A DNA stretch of 38,798 nucleotides. Origin: an uncultured Algimonas sp. GTDB taxonomy: Bacteria; Pseudomonadota; Alphaproteobacteria; Caulobacterales; Maricaulaceae. Shown here in pieces: positions 1 to 10,496 of this stretch. Each line of letters starts with the position of its first letter. The stretch's first letter is position 1. Location: positions 1-38,798 of the forward strand of contig CAYZGF010000001.1 in assembly GCA_964477595.1 (NCBI GenBank), written 5' to 3'. Both the position numbers and the translations under genes were made by a program. The notes under the pieces are model-generated. The model did not search any database. It had not been told where the DNA came from and was given only the letters and a program-made list of their open reading frames with translations.

Positions 1-2
1 GC

Positions 3-152
3 TTGCTTTCCATCACGACCCAAGTTGTCGACCTTACGGGGAAAGTCGTGACAGTCACCCGTGTCGTGAATGCGTCTCGCCTTGATGCCGAGCTCGCAGG
101 ATTAAAAACTGCGAAAAATGTTTTGTCTGTCTTTGTAGATGTCGCGGGCTAG
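3..152 (+). CDS. 3' end of a gene running in from outside the window (product unknown)
   Basis: Open frame from position 3 to TAG at 150-152: LLSITTQVVDLTGKVVTVTRVVNASRLDAELAGLKTAKNVLSVFVDVAG*; no recognisable motif. Confidence 0.55.
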   Translation: MLSITTQVVDLTGKVVTVTRVVNASRLDAELAGLKTAKNVLSVFVDVAG

Positions 153-239
153 ATGACATAATTGTTAGCCCTGCGTCACGTCGCAGGCTTTGCCAAATTG
201 ACGAAATTATGTTACTTTCTCACAAAAGAGGAGTGACAC

Positions 240-863
240 ATGCGTAAATATCTGACCCTTATTCCGGCTGCTGCTTTATTGGCAACGCCTGTTTTTGCTG
301 AAGCCCGCGGCTTTGATTCTGAATTTTCACAAGCTGTAACAGGTCCATTTAAGTTGGAAGTTGTGGTGTCGGAAGACCTTGCGCATCGCGCTAATAACCT
401 GCCTGAAAAATTGTCGGACCGAGGATCGAGTCGTCGGTTGAACGCGTCATTTTCGAATAATGGTAGATATGGTGACCGCGAAATCGAATATTTGATTGAG
501 GATATGCAGGAAGAACTCGTCCAGGATTTCGCCAAGCGTGGTCTGACATTTTCTGAGGATGCCCCAACCCTGCTGCGGGTTACGATTAATGAAGTTAAGA
601 ATAACCGCCCGACATTCAACCAGCTAAAAGAAGACAGTAATCTGTCCTTGCAAAGCTTTGCGATTGGTGGCGCGGATGTTTCCGCTGAATTCATTTCAGC
701 AGGTGGGACGGTCGTTGGCACAGCTGACTATGATTATTTCTCAAGCTTTAACGACAGACCGCTCCAAGGGCTTTCAACATGGTCAGACGCAACGCGCTCA
801 TTCTCTCGTTTTTCGAAAAAACTGAGCAAGAAACTTGCCGCGATGGACGCAGCTTCAAGCTAA
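240..863 (+). CDS. Exported hypothetical protein (possibly DUF3313-like)
   Basis: GAGGAG Shine-Dalgarno upstream of ATG; Sec signal peptide MRKYLTLIPAAALLATPVFA; 207 aa; family assignment is only a resemblance. Confidence 0.75.
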   Translation: MRKYLTLIPAAALLATPVFAEARGFDSEFSQAVTGPFKLEVVVSEDLAHRANNLPEKLSDRGSSRRLNASFSNNGRYGDREIEYLIEDMQEELVQDFAKRGLTFSEDAPTLLRVTINEVKNNRPTFNQLKEDSNLSLQSFAIGGADVSAEFISAGGTVVGTADYDYFSSFNDRPLQGLSTWSDATRSFSRFSKKLSKKLAAMDAASS

Positions 864-864
864 G

Positions 865-1506
865 TTAAGGCACACCAATCGATTTATGCGTTTGAACTGA
901 TAAACGCCATTTCGGATGGTTTAAACAATATTCAAAGGCGGCCTGAGAATGGTCCGCCTTTTTTTCTGCGCCAAGATAGCTATCGTCTCTGGGCTGCAAA
1001 CAGAAATGGGTGAAGTCGAGATTTTCAAAATCGGAGGGATGGTTTTCTCCTTGCGGGAAAACCAGTTTCAACTCGTCCCCTGACATTTGGACCAGTTTCG
1101 CATTGGCTTTTGGCGAGACACAAATCCAATCAATGCCCTCAGGAACCGCTAATGTGCCGTTGGTCTCAACTGCAATTTTGAAACCTTCCTCATGCAATGC
1201 GGTGATAATGCTCTCGTCCAATTGCAGTACAGGTTCTCCGCCCGTGCAGACAACCCATTTCTCTCCCTCGCCGGTCCAAAGCTCATCGACTTTCTTGGCA
1301 AGGCTAGCGGCGTCATATTTGCCGCCATTGATGCCATCTGTTTTAACAAAATCCGTGTCGCAAAATTTACAGATTGCTGCCGCCCGATCACGCTCTAACC
1401 CTGACCAAAGATTACAGCCCGCGAAACGCAAGAAGACGGCAACCGTGCCGACCCGAACGCCTTCGCCTTGCACAGTCAAAAATATTTCTTTGACGGAATA
1501 TGTCAC
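865..1506 (-). CDS. queE: 7-carboxy-7-deazaguanine synthase (radical SAM)
   Basis: EIFLTVQGEG, RFAGCNL...CKFCDT (Cx14CxxC), TGGEP, ETNGT, CVSPK, SVQTHK; overlaps the queC stop. Confidence 0.95.
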   Translation of the reverse strand: MTYSVKEIFLTVQGEGVRVGTVAVFLRFAGCNLWSGLERDRAAAICKFCDTDFVKTDGINGGKYDAASLAKKVDELWTGEGEKWVVCTGGEPVLQLDESIITALHEEGFKIAVETNGTLAVPEGIDWICVSPKANAKLVQMSGDELKLVFPQGENHPSDFENLDFTHFCLQPRDDSYLGAEKKADHSQAAFEYCLNHPKWRLSVQTHKSIGVP

Positions 1507-2213
1507 TGAGGATCGCCTTTATATTCGGCCCACCCATTCGCCCTCAATTCACAAGCGGGACAGGTTCCGCACCCATATCCCCAATCATGAAGTTCTGCAT
1601 GGACGCCCTTGTAACAAGTATGGCTTTTAGTGCGGATGATTTCGACAAGACTCTCTCCGCCAATTTTATGCGCCAGCGCCCAAGCGCCGGACTTTGAGAG
1701 ATGCATCAATGGCGTGTGAAGTGTGTAGTCACGATCCAAACCCAAAGAAATTGCCTTCATTTGTGCATCCAATGTCTCTTTCCGACAATCAGGGTAGCCT
1801 GAAAAATCAGCCTCGCACATCCCGGCAACGAGATGCGAAAATCCACGACGCCACCCTAAAGCGGCTGCGTAATTTAAGAAAATCAAGTTTCGTCCCGGCA
1901 CAAACGTGGTCGGCAAGCCGTTTTCATGGACACCAATTTCTACATCTCGCGTCAGTGATGTCTCACTAATCTGACCTAATCCGGCAAGATTAATGACGTG
2001 ATCTTCACCCAATTTATCGACCCATTTCGGAAAAGCATCTTGCACCGAATTTCGCACGTCCAATCGACATGTCATTTCTATATCGTGCCGCTGACCATAT
2101 TCGAACCCAATGGTTTCAACATGATCGAACGTCTCCAAGGCCCATGCCAAACAGGTGGCGGAGTCTTGCCCCCCTGAAAATAGCAGGCCTGCGGTTTGAT
2201 TGATCCTCGTCAT
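1503..2213 (-). CDS. queC: 7-cyano-7-deazaguanine synthase
   Basis: FSGGQDSATC, YGQRH, TFVPGRN, SGYPDCR, TCY...GCGTCPAC; start taken at ATG 2213 (MTRINQ) rather than TTG 2249. Confidence 0.95.
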   Translation of the reverse strand: MTRINQTAGLLFSGGQDSATCLAWALETFDHVETIGFEYGQRHDIEMTCRLDVRNSVQDAFPKWVDKLGEDHVINLAGLGQISETSLTRDVEIGVHENGLPTTFVPGRNLIFLNYAAALGWRRGFSHLVAGMCEADFSGYPDCRKETLDAQMKAISLGLDRDYTLHTPLMHLSKSGAWALAHKIGGESLVEIIRTKSHTCYKGVHAELHDWGYGCGTCPACELRANGWAEYKGDPQ

Positions 2214-2284
2214 GCGCAGGCGCTTAGCCGATAGATGTCCGGTCGCCAAGTCCCGTGCGGCATGAGGATTGCAGGGTGTGCCTC

Positions 2285-2809
2285 ATGAAGAATCGCCTCA
2301 AAAATCTGTCTATGCTTCAAGGAAAAAAGCGCTACATTCTCTTCGGTATCCTTGCCATTGAGCTCTTAAGCCTTCCGGCAGCCGCACAAATCGTGCACCG
2401 CGTCGCTTTTGATATTCGTCCTATCGTGACAGCCGTCGAAATTCCCACATCTGAACCCGGCCTGTCTCGATATCTTGTCGCGTCCAATGCGGGATTTGGC
2501 GTGAAAGCCAGTGACGTCATAGGCGATATTCAAGTTGATGTGCATGTCAGTGGCACAATGGGTGAAGCCAGTCGTTTTGGCGATGCAGCGCAATTGCCGG
2601 GACCTGAAACTGTATGCGCACATGCATCCGGGCTAGGCGCAGATATTTATATTGCGGATCGAAAGACAGCCGCAACGCCCGGCACACCGCCCGAGCAAGC
2701 TGTGGTTTTTGAGTTCAGTTATGACCCCAATGCGCGTCCAAATTTCGAATTCATTGCCGGAAATGATAATGCCGGGGTACCAATAGGCTGTTCCGGCGCC
2801 ACAAGTTAG
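2285..2809 (+). CDS. Hypothetical exported/membrane-anchored protein
   Basis: 174-aa ORF filling the queC-recQ gap; basic N-terminus, hydrophobic stretch YILFGILAIELLSLPAAA and an AxA site; start uncertain. Confidence 0.65.
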   Translation: MKNRLKNLSMLQGKKRYILFGILAIELLSLPAAAQIVHRVAFDIRPIVTAVEIPTSEPGLSRYLVASNAGFGVKASDVIGDIQVDVHVSGTMGEASRFGDAAQLPGPETVCAHASGLGADIYIADRKTAATPGTPPEQAVVFEFSYDPNARPNFEFIAGNDNAGVPIGCSGATS

Positions 2810-4602
2810 CCCGCCAATTCGGCCAAAAAGGCCTCTCCAAATCGGTCGAACTTGCTTGGCCCAACGCCGCTGACGTCCAACATGTCTTCGCGGGTTTTGG
2901 GTTTTTTCGACACCATATCAATGAGCGTGGCATCCGAGAACACGACAAAAGCGGGTTTTCCGAGCTGTTTTGCAAAATCCATCCGCAACGCTTTCAGACG
3001 GGATAAAACTTCTGTGTCTTTATGATCCAAGGACGAGACTTGAGCCGACGACTTGGCGCGCGAATGTGTCTTTCTGAGGACACGTTTTATTGTCGGATCT
3101 TTGCATTTAAATGGCGCGCGTCCATCCAAAACGGCTTGGGCTTTCGACATGATTTCAAGACGACCATAGGCTTCCATGTTCACATTGAGATAGCGAAGGG
3201 CGACGGCTTGGCGCAGCAGGCCTTGGAACCATTGTTTTGGTTTATCTGCCGTTCCGAATACGGGCAGCTCATTATGTCCATATTGCATGATGCGAGGGAG
3301 TTCGTCTCCACGTGCGACGCCAATGACATGGGTCGCGCCAAAACGCTGACCCGTCGCTTCAATAGCACCGAATAGAGCCATCGCCTCCTCCGTGGCGTCA
3401 ATGAGGTCGGGCGGATTAAGGCATACATCGCAATTTCCACAGGGCTCAGACGTCTCTCCGAAATATGACATCAAAACCTGACGTCGACATTTAGAGGCCT
3501 CACAATAGCCAAGCAGAGCGTCCAAGCGGCGATGTTCTCTTATCTGATGATCGCTGTCAGAACCGTCTTCTGTGATAAATTGGCGACGCATGCGGATATC
3601 ATCCATCGCATAGATCATCCCCGTTTCCGAAGGCGCACCGTCGCGACCTGCCCGTCCAATTTCTTGATAATAAGCCTCCAGAGAACTTGGCAGGTTCAGG
3701 TGATAGACAAAACGGACATTGGATTTATCAATCCCCATTCCAAAGGCAATTGTTGCGACAATCACAATGGCGGGTTCAGCGAGGAACCTCTCTTGAGTCT
3801 CAAATCGCACCTCGGAGGACAGGCCTGCATGATAAGGCAATGCATTAAAGCCTTCGCCGCGTAGCACCTCGGCATATTTCTCGGTATTCTTACGGGAGAG
3901 GCAATAGATAATGCCGGACTCACCGCGCTGACTTTCCATCCATGTCAGCAATTGTTGGGTTCTGTTGGTTAAGGAGGACACCGTCAGGCTGAGATTAGGG
4001 CGGTCAAAACCATGCACAATGATTTCGCCTTGGCCGGAGAAAAGCTGATCGGCGATATCTTTCCGCGTTGACGCATCAGCTGTTGCTGTAAAAGCAGCCA
4101 TGCGGGCATTGGGGAAAAGCTCTTTCAAGCGGCTTAGATCAGCATATTCCGGACGAAAAGCAGGCCCCCATTTCGATACGCAATGCGCCTCATCCACTAC
4201 AAATAAAGCCGGATCCAGCGCCTTCATCGCAGAGAGCATGCGGGGCTGCATCAAGCGTTCCGGCGAAAGATAGAGGAGTTTCGTTCCGCCTTGCGCCACG
4301 CTCTTCCATTGGGCGACATTCTCTTCACGGGATTGTCCCGAATGAATGGCCGCGACAGATACGCCATTCGCCCGAAGCCCCGCAGCTTGATTATCCATTA
4401 AAGCCACCAAGGGCGATATAACAATTGTTGGCCTGTCGAGAAGTTGGCTTGGAACTTGGTAGCAGATCGATTTCCCTGCCCCTGTTGGCATGACGGCCAA
4501 AACATTTTGACCCGATAAAATCAGATCAACAATTTCAGCTTGTCCCGGCCGAAACGCCTTATGGCCAAAGCTATCGGCCAATATGTTTAATGGTGTTGTC
4601 AT
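2806..4602 (-). CDS. recQ: ATP-dependent DNA helicase RecQ
   Basis: MPTGAGKS, VDEAHCVS, ATIAFGMGID, QEIGRAGRDG, CRR...CGNCDVC zinc site, C-terminal HRDC (PAFVVFSDATL); start at ATG 4602 after AGGGAACGGG. Confidence 0.95.
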   Translation of the reverse strand: MTTPLNILADSFGHKAFRPGQAEIVDLILSGQNVLAVMPTGAGKSICYQVPSQLLDRPTIVISPLVALMDNQAAGLRANGVSVAAIHSGQSREENVAQWKSVAQGGTKLLYLSPERLMQPRMLSAMKALDPALFVVDEAHCVSKWGPAFRPEYADLSRLKELFPNARMAAFTATADASTRKDIADQLFSGQGEIIVHGFDRPNLSLTVSSLTNRTQQLLTWMESQRGESGIIYCLSRKNTEKYAEVLRGEGFNALPYHAGLSSEVRFETQERFLAEPAIVIVATIAFGMGIDKSNVRFVYHLNLPSSLEAYYQEIGRAGRDGAPSETGMIYAMDDIRMRRQFITEDGSDSDHQIREHRRLDALLGYCEASKCRRQVLMSYFGETSEPCGNCDVCLNPPDLIDATEEAMALFGAIEATGQRFGATHVIGVARGDELPRIMQYGHNELPVFGTADKPKQWFQGLLRQAVALRYLNVNMEAYGRLEIMSKAQAVLDGRAPFKCKDPTIKRVLRKTHSRAKSSAQVSSLDHKDTEVLSRLKALRMDFAKQLGKPAFVVFSDATLIDMVSKKPKTREDMLDVSGVGPSKFDRFGEAFLAELAG

Positions 4603-4713
4603 CCCGTTCCCTTGGCGTGGATTATCCGAGTCGGCAAGTTGCGTCAGCAAGTCGCCCACATTCACGCAAAGAGGCTTTTACACTACCGATACAAAGTGCG
4701 ATAGCGCCCAATT

Positions 4714-6594
4714 ATGGCTAGTGATGCGACAGATTCATCCCGGAGTGCGGGCGCAGCCTTTGCGGCGAAAATTGACCAAGATAAAGCCGGGCGGAGTAAG
4801 GGACGATCTTTACGTCCACTGGCAAAGCTTTGGCCCTTTATCAGTCGCTATCCAGGACAACTCATCGCTTTCCTGATCTTTCTCATTCTGTCTGCACTTG
4901 GCAGTTTGGCGATGCCTTGGATCGTTAAGCTTATCATTGATTGCGGCTTTGGAGATGGAACAGCCTCGATCACGATTTGCGAGTCAATTGATGTTGAAGG
5001 CGATGGAAATCTCAATCGCTATTTCCTTTTTGCCTCGGTTTTTGCGGTCCTATTTGCCATTACAGGCGCATTGCGCTTCTTCTATATAACCCGATTGGGT
5101 CAGCGTGTGATCGCGGATATTCGTCGGGCCGTATTTGACCGCCTCACTTTTTTATCGCCAGCCTATTTTGAACGGGTTCGCACAGGTGAGGTTTTGTCAC
5201 GTTTAACGACAGATACCACTCTGGTTGAGACAGTCATCACGGGCTCTGTCAGTTTCGCCCTTAGATCAATCGCTACCATCACTGGCTCTATTGTGATGAT
5301 GTTTTTCCTGTCTTGGAAATTAGCCCTGATGGTGGTTGCAATTGCACCTGCAATGATTTTACCCCTCATTTTGAGCGGTAAGAAAATCAAACGCTACTCC
5401 CGCGATGGCCAAGACCGCCTTGCCGATGCGTCCGCCCGCGCAGGCGAAGCCATTAGCGGCATCCAAACTGTTCAAGCTTATACGCAAGAAGCACATGAGC
5501 GTTTGCGTTTCGGTGAAGATATTGAAGCCAGCTACCTCGCACAACGCAAACGTATTCTCGTTCAATCCATGCTGACCGCTCTCATGTTCACGATTGCATT
5601 TGTTGGAATTATTGGAATCCTGAATTTCGGCGCTTGGTCTGTCTTAAACGGCAAGATGACAGGTGGAGATATCACGGCTTTTGTATTTTTCGCCTTTCTC
5701 GCCATTGGTGGTGCGAGCTCTCTTACCGAGACCTTTACAAACCTTTTGCGCGCCGCAGGAGCGGCTGATCGATTAGTCGAAATTCTGGATGAAACCCCGA
5801 TTATTACAGCGCCGGGAACACCCCTAAATCTATCAACGGTTAAGGGCGAAATTGATTTCCAATCCGTCGGATTTGCCTATCCGACGCGACAGGACATATC
5901 CGCTTTGTCGGATGTCTCATTACGAATTTCACCCGGCGAAACTGTGGCCCTTGTCGGACCGAGCGGCGCAGGGAAGTCCACGGTTTTCCAGCTTTTATTG
6001 CGGTTCTATGATATTCAGACGGGCTCTATAACATTGGACGGCACAGATATTCGACACATGGAGCCTGAAGCGCTTCGATCACATATCGCCGTGGTTCAGC
6101 AAAGTGCGCCGCTCTTCTCCGGAACACCCGCAGAAAATATTGGCTACGGGAAGACAGCTTCTACGCGCGAAGACATTATGAAGGCGGCAAAGGCCGCATA
6201 TGCCCATGAGTTTATAATGGCTTTGCCCGATGGGTATGACACTGATCTGGGGGAACAGGGCACGACGCTCTCCGGCGGGCAACGTCAGCGCTTGGCGATT
6301 GCCCGCGCCATTTTGAGGGATGCGCCCATTCTCCTCTTGGACGAGGCCACATCAGCCCTCGACTCAGAATCAGAACAGGCTGTGCAGAAAGCATTTGAAC
6401 AAGCGTCACAAAACCGAACGACCCTCGTCATTGCGCATAGGCTTTCGACAGTCCTGAAAGCTGATCGTATCGTCGTGTTGGAGGATGGACGTATCGTAGA
6501 AACCGGGACGCATGCCGAGCTTGTCAAAAAGAGCGGCCTTTACGCCCGTTTGGCGAAGATACAATTTGAACAGGGCTCAGGGCTGGCGTCTTAG
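4714..6594 (+). CDS. ABC transporter, fused permease/ATP-binding protein (MsbA-related exporter)
   Basis: N-terminal transmembrane domain; Walker A GPSGAGKS, LSGGQRQR, LLLDEATSALD, IAHRLST. Confidence 0.92.
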   Translation: MASDATDSSRSAGAAFAAKIDQDKAGRSKGRSLRPLAKLWPFISRYPGQLIAFLIFLILSALGSLAMPWIVKLIIDCGFGDGTASITICESIDVEGDGNLNRYFLFASVFAVLFAITGALRFFYITRLGQRVIADIRRAVFDRLTFLSPAYFERVRTGEVLSRLTTDTTLVETVITGSVSFALRSIATITGSIVMMFFLSWKLALMVVAIAPAMILPLILSGKKIKRYSRDGQDRLADASARAGEAISGIQTVQAYTQEAHERLRFGEDIEASYLAQRKRILVQSMLTALMFTIAFVGIIGILNFGAWSVLNGKMTGGDITAFVFFAFLAIGGASSLTETFTNLLRAAGAADRLVEILDETPIITAPGTPLNLSTVKGEIDFQSVGFAYPTRQDISALSDVSLRISPGETVALVGPSGAGKSTVFQLLLRFYDIQTGSITLDGTDIRHMEPEALRSHIAVVQQSAPLFSGTPAENIGYGKTASTREDIMKAAKAAYAHEFIMALPDGYDTDLGEQGTTLSGGQRQRLAIARAILRDAPILLLDEATSALDSESEQAVQKAFEQASQNRTTLVIAHRLSTVLKADRIVVLEDGRIVETGTHAELVKKSGLYARLAKIQFEQGSGLAS

Positions 6595-6595
6595 T

Positions 6596-7630
6596 CTAAA
6601 AGCCGTGACCTTTCACTTGCGTACGGGTCCGCGCAAGGAATGTGTGCGACGTCATATAGAGATCGCGTCCATCTGCACCGCCAAATGTAACATTGGCTAT
6701 TGCCGTCCCTGTTGAAATCACGCCGAGTTTTTCACCTATTGGAGACATCATCCAGACGCCGCCGGGGCCAGTTGCGAAGATCGTGCCATCTTCCGCCATC
6801 GCCATACCATCAGGATTTCCGGGCAGACCTGCTGCCAAGTCTTCAAAGGCCTCTGCAATCACACGGGCATTCGAAATTTCACCCGTAGCGGACACATCAT
6901 AAGCCGTCCAATTGGCCGTCGCGGGATCAGAATTTGCGACATAGAGCGTCCGTTCATCCGGTGATAAAATGATACCGTTTGGACGGATAATCGTTTTATC
7001 AATGAGCTTTAACTCTCCGTCTGGATAAAGCGCGAAAACGCCGCTGAAGTCCAACTCCATAGCCGGATTATTGTCTTGGTTTTTCAGGCCATAGGGCGGG
7101 TCGGTGAAATAGATTATGCCGGAACTATGCAGGACCGCATCATTAGGACTGTTGAGTTTCTTACCCTCAAATTTATCTGCCAGAACGCTACGTGTTTTCG
7201 TCTCTATATTTTGTGCCCAAAGCGTTCGATTGCCATGATCCGGTACAATGAGATGATCTGCATCCAGCATGATGAGACCATTTGCGCCCGGGCTGGATGT
7301 ATATTCTGGCAGTGGTGGAACGGCGCCTGAGGGCGTCATATATTCTGTGATCCCCTCACCGTCTTTATACTTCCAGATTGTATTGCCCGGGACGTCAGTA
7401 AATAAAATAGCGCCGAGCTTTTCGACCCAAACAGGACCTTCGGACCACCCGTACTTGCCGCCAAGTTTTTCAATTTTCGAAGTTGGGTCAATAAGCCCGT
7501 CTTGCGAAACCGTAATTGATCCGATCGTCTCAAATTCAGATATTTCAGAAGCTTTAAAATCCGGCTCGACTTCAATTCCTGAGCATCCGGCGAGGCCCAT
7601 TATCAAAGCACATAGGAATGATACACGCAT
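6596..7630 (-). CDS. SMP-30/gluconolactonase family protein, predicted lipoprotein
   Basis: SEGPVW, NSPND, FTDPPYG, PNGI, PDGM motifs; lipobox LAGC; start ATG 7630 or GTG 7636. Confidence 0.88.
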   Translation of the reverse strand: MRVSFLCALIMGLAGCSGIEVEPDFKASEISEFETIGSITVSQDGLIDPTSKIEKLGGKYGWSEGPVWVEKLGAILFTDVPGNTIWKYKDGEGITEYMTPSGAVPPLPEYTSSPGANGLIMLDADHLIVPDHGNRTLWAQNIETKTRSVLADKFEGKKLNSPNDAVLHSSGIIYFTDPPYGLKNQDNNPAMELDFSGVFALYPDGELKLIDKTIIRPNGIILSPDERTLYVANSDPATANWTAYDVSATGEISNARVIAEAFEDLAAGLPGNPDGMAMAEDGTIFATGPGGVWMMSPIGEKLGVISTGTAIANVTFGGADGRDLYMTSHTFLARTRTQVKGHGF

Positions 7631-7644
7631 GGGCACCTCTGAAT

Positions 7645-8646
7645 TTAGCCGTTCAGCACCATCGCAGCGGCACCATAGAGCGGGACAAAATTGGCTTGGA
7701 TGAGGCGAACTGGAATATCTTTGACATACCAGCTTCCCGGTCCACGATCTTTGAATCTGGAGACGAAGTCTGATCCCGGAATAAATTTAGCGATATGGCG
7801 GGACACGCCACCACCGACAACGACACCCCCTGAAGCACCTTGGGTCACTGCGACATTCCCCGCAAACCCACCCAACATGGAACAGAAGTGATTGACAGTC
7901 ACACGAGCAACAGAAGATTTATCCAATTCAGCCGCACCAACGATTTCTGCGGCTGTCAAATCATGATTTGGACGATCCATAATCGCGCAAATGGCAGTGT
8001 GTAAGCGCACGAGACCGGGACCTGATAATAAGGCTTCTGCAGACACGAAAGCCAAACGAGACGACCAATAGGCCAGAACCTCACGTTCCAATTCATTCCC
8101 TGGCGCGAAGGCCGTATGGCCGCCTTCTGTTGGAATAATGCGAACCGGTTTACCGGGAAGAATACAGGATAATCCCATGCCAGTCCCCGGTCCAAGAACA
8201 GCAACGGGTTTTGTGTAATCTACTTTGCCTTCAATTAGGACGTCAAAGCCATCATCGGGAATAACGGTCGCACCATTCGCCATGGCGACAAAATCATTTA
8301 AGACGACCGCTATCTCCAGGCCGAATGTCTTGCGGAGTTCTTCCTCTGAAACGATCCAATTCAGGTTTGTCATCCGGATTTCATCGTCAAATTTTGGTCC
8401 TGCAAAAGCGAAAGCACCTTGTTTGGCTTTGATGTTGTGTGTCTTTAAATAGCTCGCCACAACATCATTAAAATGCTCATATTCCGCGACGGCATATCGT
8501 TCAGAGTGATGCAACTCTATCGACCCGGAGGCTGTTCGTTCAGCCAATGCCAACCGACAATTCGTACCGCCCACATCGCCGACAAGTGTCAGTCCTGTGG
8601 TTTGACCATTGGCAAAAGAGGCGTTCGAACCTTTCGTTTCCGGCAT
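7645..8646 (-). CDS. glk: Glucokinase
   Basis: GDVGGTNCR, LNDFVA, GPGTGMG, TEGGH, LSGPGL; ATG overlaps the edd stop (TAATG). Confidence 0.93.
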   Translation of the reverse strand: MPETKGSNASFANGQTTGLTLVGDVGGTNCRLALAERTASGSIELHHSERYAVAEYEHFNDVVASYLKTHNIKAKQGAFAFAGPKFDDEIRMTNLNWIVSEEELRKTFGLEIAVVLNDFVAMANGATVIPDDGFDVLIEGKVDYTKPVAVLGPGTGMGLSCILPGKPVRIIPTEGGHTAFAPGNELEREVLAYWSSRLAFVSAEALLSGPGLVRLHTAICAIMDRPNHDLTAAEIVGAAELDKSSVARVTVNHFCSMLGGFAGNVAVTQGASGGVVVGGGVSRHIAKFIPGSDFVSRFKDRGPGSWYVKDIPVRLIQANFVPLYGAAAMVLNG

Positions 8647-10496
8647 TAGCTGAACCACGGCATATCCCCCAATGTCGACGCGCCGCTTTCTGCATCCGTG
8701 GCAATCGCCCGTTGCGCCGCGAACATGTTCATTCCCAGCGCCGCCAATTGCGGTTGTGGGGGTTGAACAGCCGTTTCCCTCACTGACAAATCGACATCAA
8801 CGACTTCAACTATGTTATTTGCCGGATCGACGCGCACAATATCGTCTGTTTGAATGCGGGCAATCGCACCGCCCATTAAGGCTTCGGGATGAAGGTGAAT
8901 AGCGGCAGGCACTTTACCCGATGCACCCGACATACGTCCATCCGTGACCATTGCGACTTTAAAACCTTTGTCCTGCTGCAAGCCTAAAATTGGAGTCAGT
9001 TTATGCAGTTCGGGCATTCCATTGGCACGCGGGCCTTGGAATCTCAGAACAACGACAAAATCTCGTTCCAACTCTCCGGCTTTGTGCATCTCGATGAGAT
9101 CATTCTGATCATCAATCACGATGGCCGGGGCTTCAACTTTCCAGTTTTCTTCTTTCACAGCAGATATTTTCATAACGGCGCGACCCAGATTTCCTTCCAA
9201 AAGGGCCAGACCACCGTCTTTGCGTATTGGCTTATCGACACTTGTCAAAATCTCTGTGTCGAGACTTTCTTTCGGTCCGTCACGCCAGATCACGGCGTCC
9301 TGTTCCAGATGCATATTCTTGACAGGTTCTTTGGTGTAGGCATGCAAGCCGTCGCCACCGGCTATCGTCGTTACATCTCCCTGCATGAGGCCTGCATCTA
9401 ACAACTCACCAATCAGATAAGCCATCCCGCCCGCAGCATGGAAATGATTCACGTCCATGATTCCGTTTGGATAGATTTTACAGATCAGGGGTACAGCATG
9501 GCTGATTGCGGCGTAATCATCCCAATTGATAATGATGCCCGCGGCACGTGCAATCGCTGCCATATGGATCGTTAGATTTGTAGATCCACCCGTCGCCATC
9601 AACCCAACCAAGCCATTCACAATGCTTTTTTCTGAAATCACATGGCAGGCAGGCGTAAAGACTGCGTCTTTGCCCTTCGCCATGTTTGTAATCTGCGTCG
9701 CACGGCGAACAGCTTGTGCTGTTAGTGCGTCCCGCAAAGGCGTATTAGGGTGCACAAAGCTGGAGCCGGGTAATTGCATACCCATAACTTCCATCAGCAT
9801 TTGATTGGTGTTGGCTGTCCCGTAAAATGTACAGGTTCCCGGCGCGTGATAACTTGCGGCTTCCGCAGCTAAGAGATCAGCCCGTGTTGCCTCTCCCGCT
9901 GCAAAAGCTTGACGGACACGGGCCTTTTCCGGATTGGGCAGGCCGGACGGCATTGGTCCGGCGGGAGCGAAAATCTGCGGAATCCAACCGAAACGAAGCG
10001 CCGCGATCATCAACCCCGGGACAATTTTATCGCAAACGCCGAGATGGATGGCAGCATCAAACATATCATGTGACAGCGCGATGGCTGCGCCCTGCGCAAT
10101 ATTATCGCGTGAAAATAGCGAAAGCTCCATACCTTCGCGGCCTTGGGTTACGCCGTCACACATGGCGGGCACGCCTCCGGCCACTTGAGCTGTCGCACCG
10201 TTCCGACGGGCCGCATGACGGATCAATTCGGGGAAACGTTCAAATGGCTGATGCGCGGAAAGCATATCATTATAGGCGGTCACGATGCCGATATTCGCCC
10301 ATTTTGCGCCGAGCAATTCCGTCTTTTCCAATACAGCACATCCGGCCGACGCATGGGCGACATTGCCTTCTGACAAACGTTTGCGGCGCGGACCTTCGCG
10401 CATTTGCGCCTCGCAGGCAGCGAGATAACCTTCGCGGCTTTTTTTGGAGCGCTCTGTAATCCGCGCTGTCACATCTTGAATGACAGAATTTATCAT
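8646..10496 (-). CDS. edd: 6-phosphogluconate dehydratase
   Basis: [54 protein letters not shown]; located in the zwf-pgl operon. Confidence 0.96.
   Translation of the reverse strand: MINSVIQDVTARITERSKKSREGYLAACEAQMREGPRRKRLSEGNVAHASAGCAVLEKTELLGAKWANIGIVTAYNDMLSAHQPFERFPELIRHAARRNGATAQVAGGVPAMCDGVTQGREGMELSLFSRDNIAQGAAIALSHDMFDAAIHLGVCDKIVPGLMIAALRFGWIPQIFAPAGPMPSGLPNPEKARVRQAFAAGEATRADLLAAEAASYHAPGTCTFYGTANTNQMLMEVMGMQLPGSSFVHPNTPLRDALTAQAVRRATQITNMAKGKDAVFTPACHVISEKSIVNGLVGLMATGGSTNLTIHMAAIARAAGIIINWDDYAAISHAVPLICKIYPNGIMDVNHFHAAGGMAYLIGELLDAGLMQGDVTTIAGGDGLHAYTKEPVKNMHLEQDAVIWRDGPKESLDTEILTSVDKPIRKDGGLALLEGNLGRAVMKISAVKEENWKVEAPAIVIDDQNDLIEMHKAGELERDFVVVLRFQGPRANGMPELHKLTPILGLQQDKGFKVAMVTDGRMSGASGKVPAAIHLHPEALMGGAIARIQTDDIVRVDPANNIVEVVDVDLSVRETAVQPPQPQLAALGMNMFAAQRAIATDAESGASTLGDMPWFS

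Noticed and set aside
865-2213. queC-queE as part of a 7-deazaguanine DNA-modification (dpd) or QueC-based defence system
   Set aside because: Canonical-looking housekeeping sequences with no dpdA/TGT-like, TatD, ATPase or nuclease neighbours; adjacent recQ is an ordinary full-length copy
10071-10471. Partial LacI-operator matches TGACAGCGC (10071) and GCGCTGTCA (10463-10471)
   Set aside because: Half-sites inside the edd coding sequence, explainable by codons
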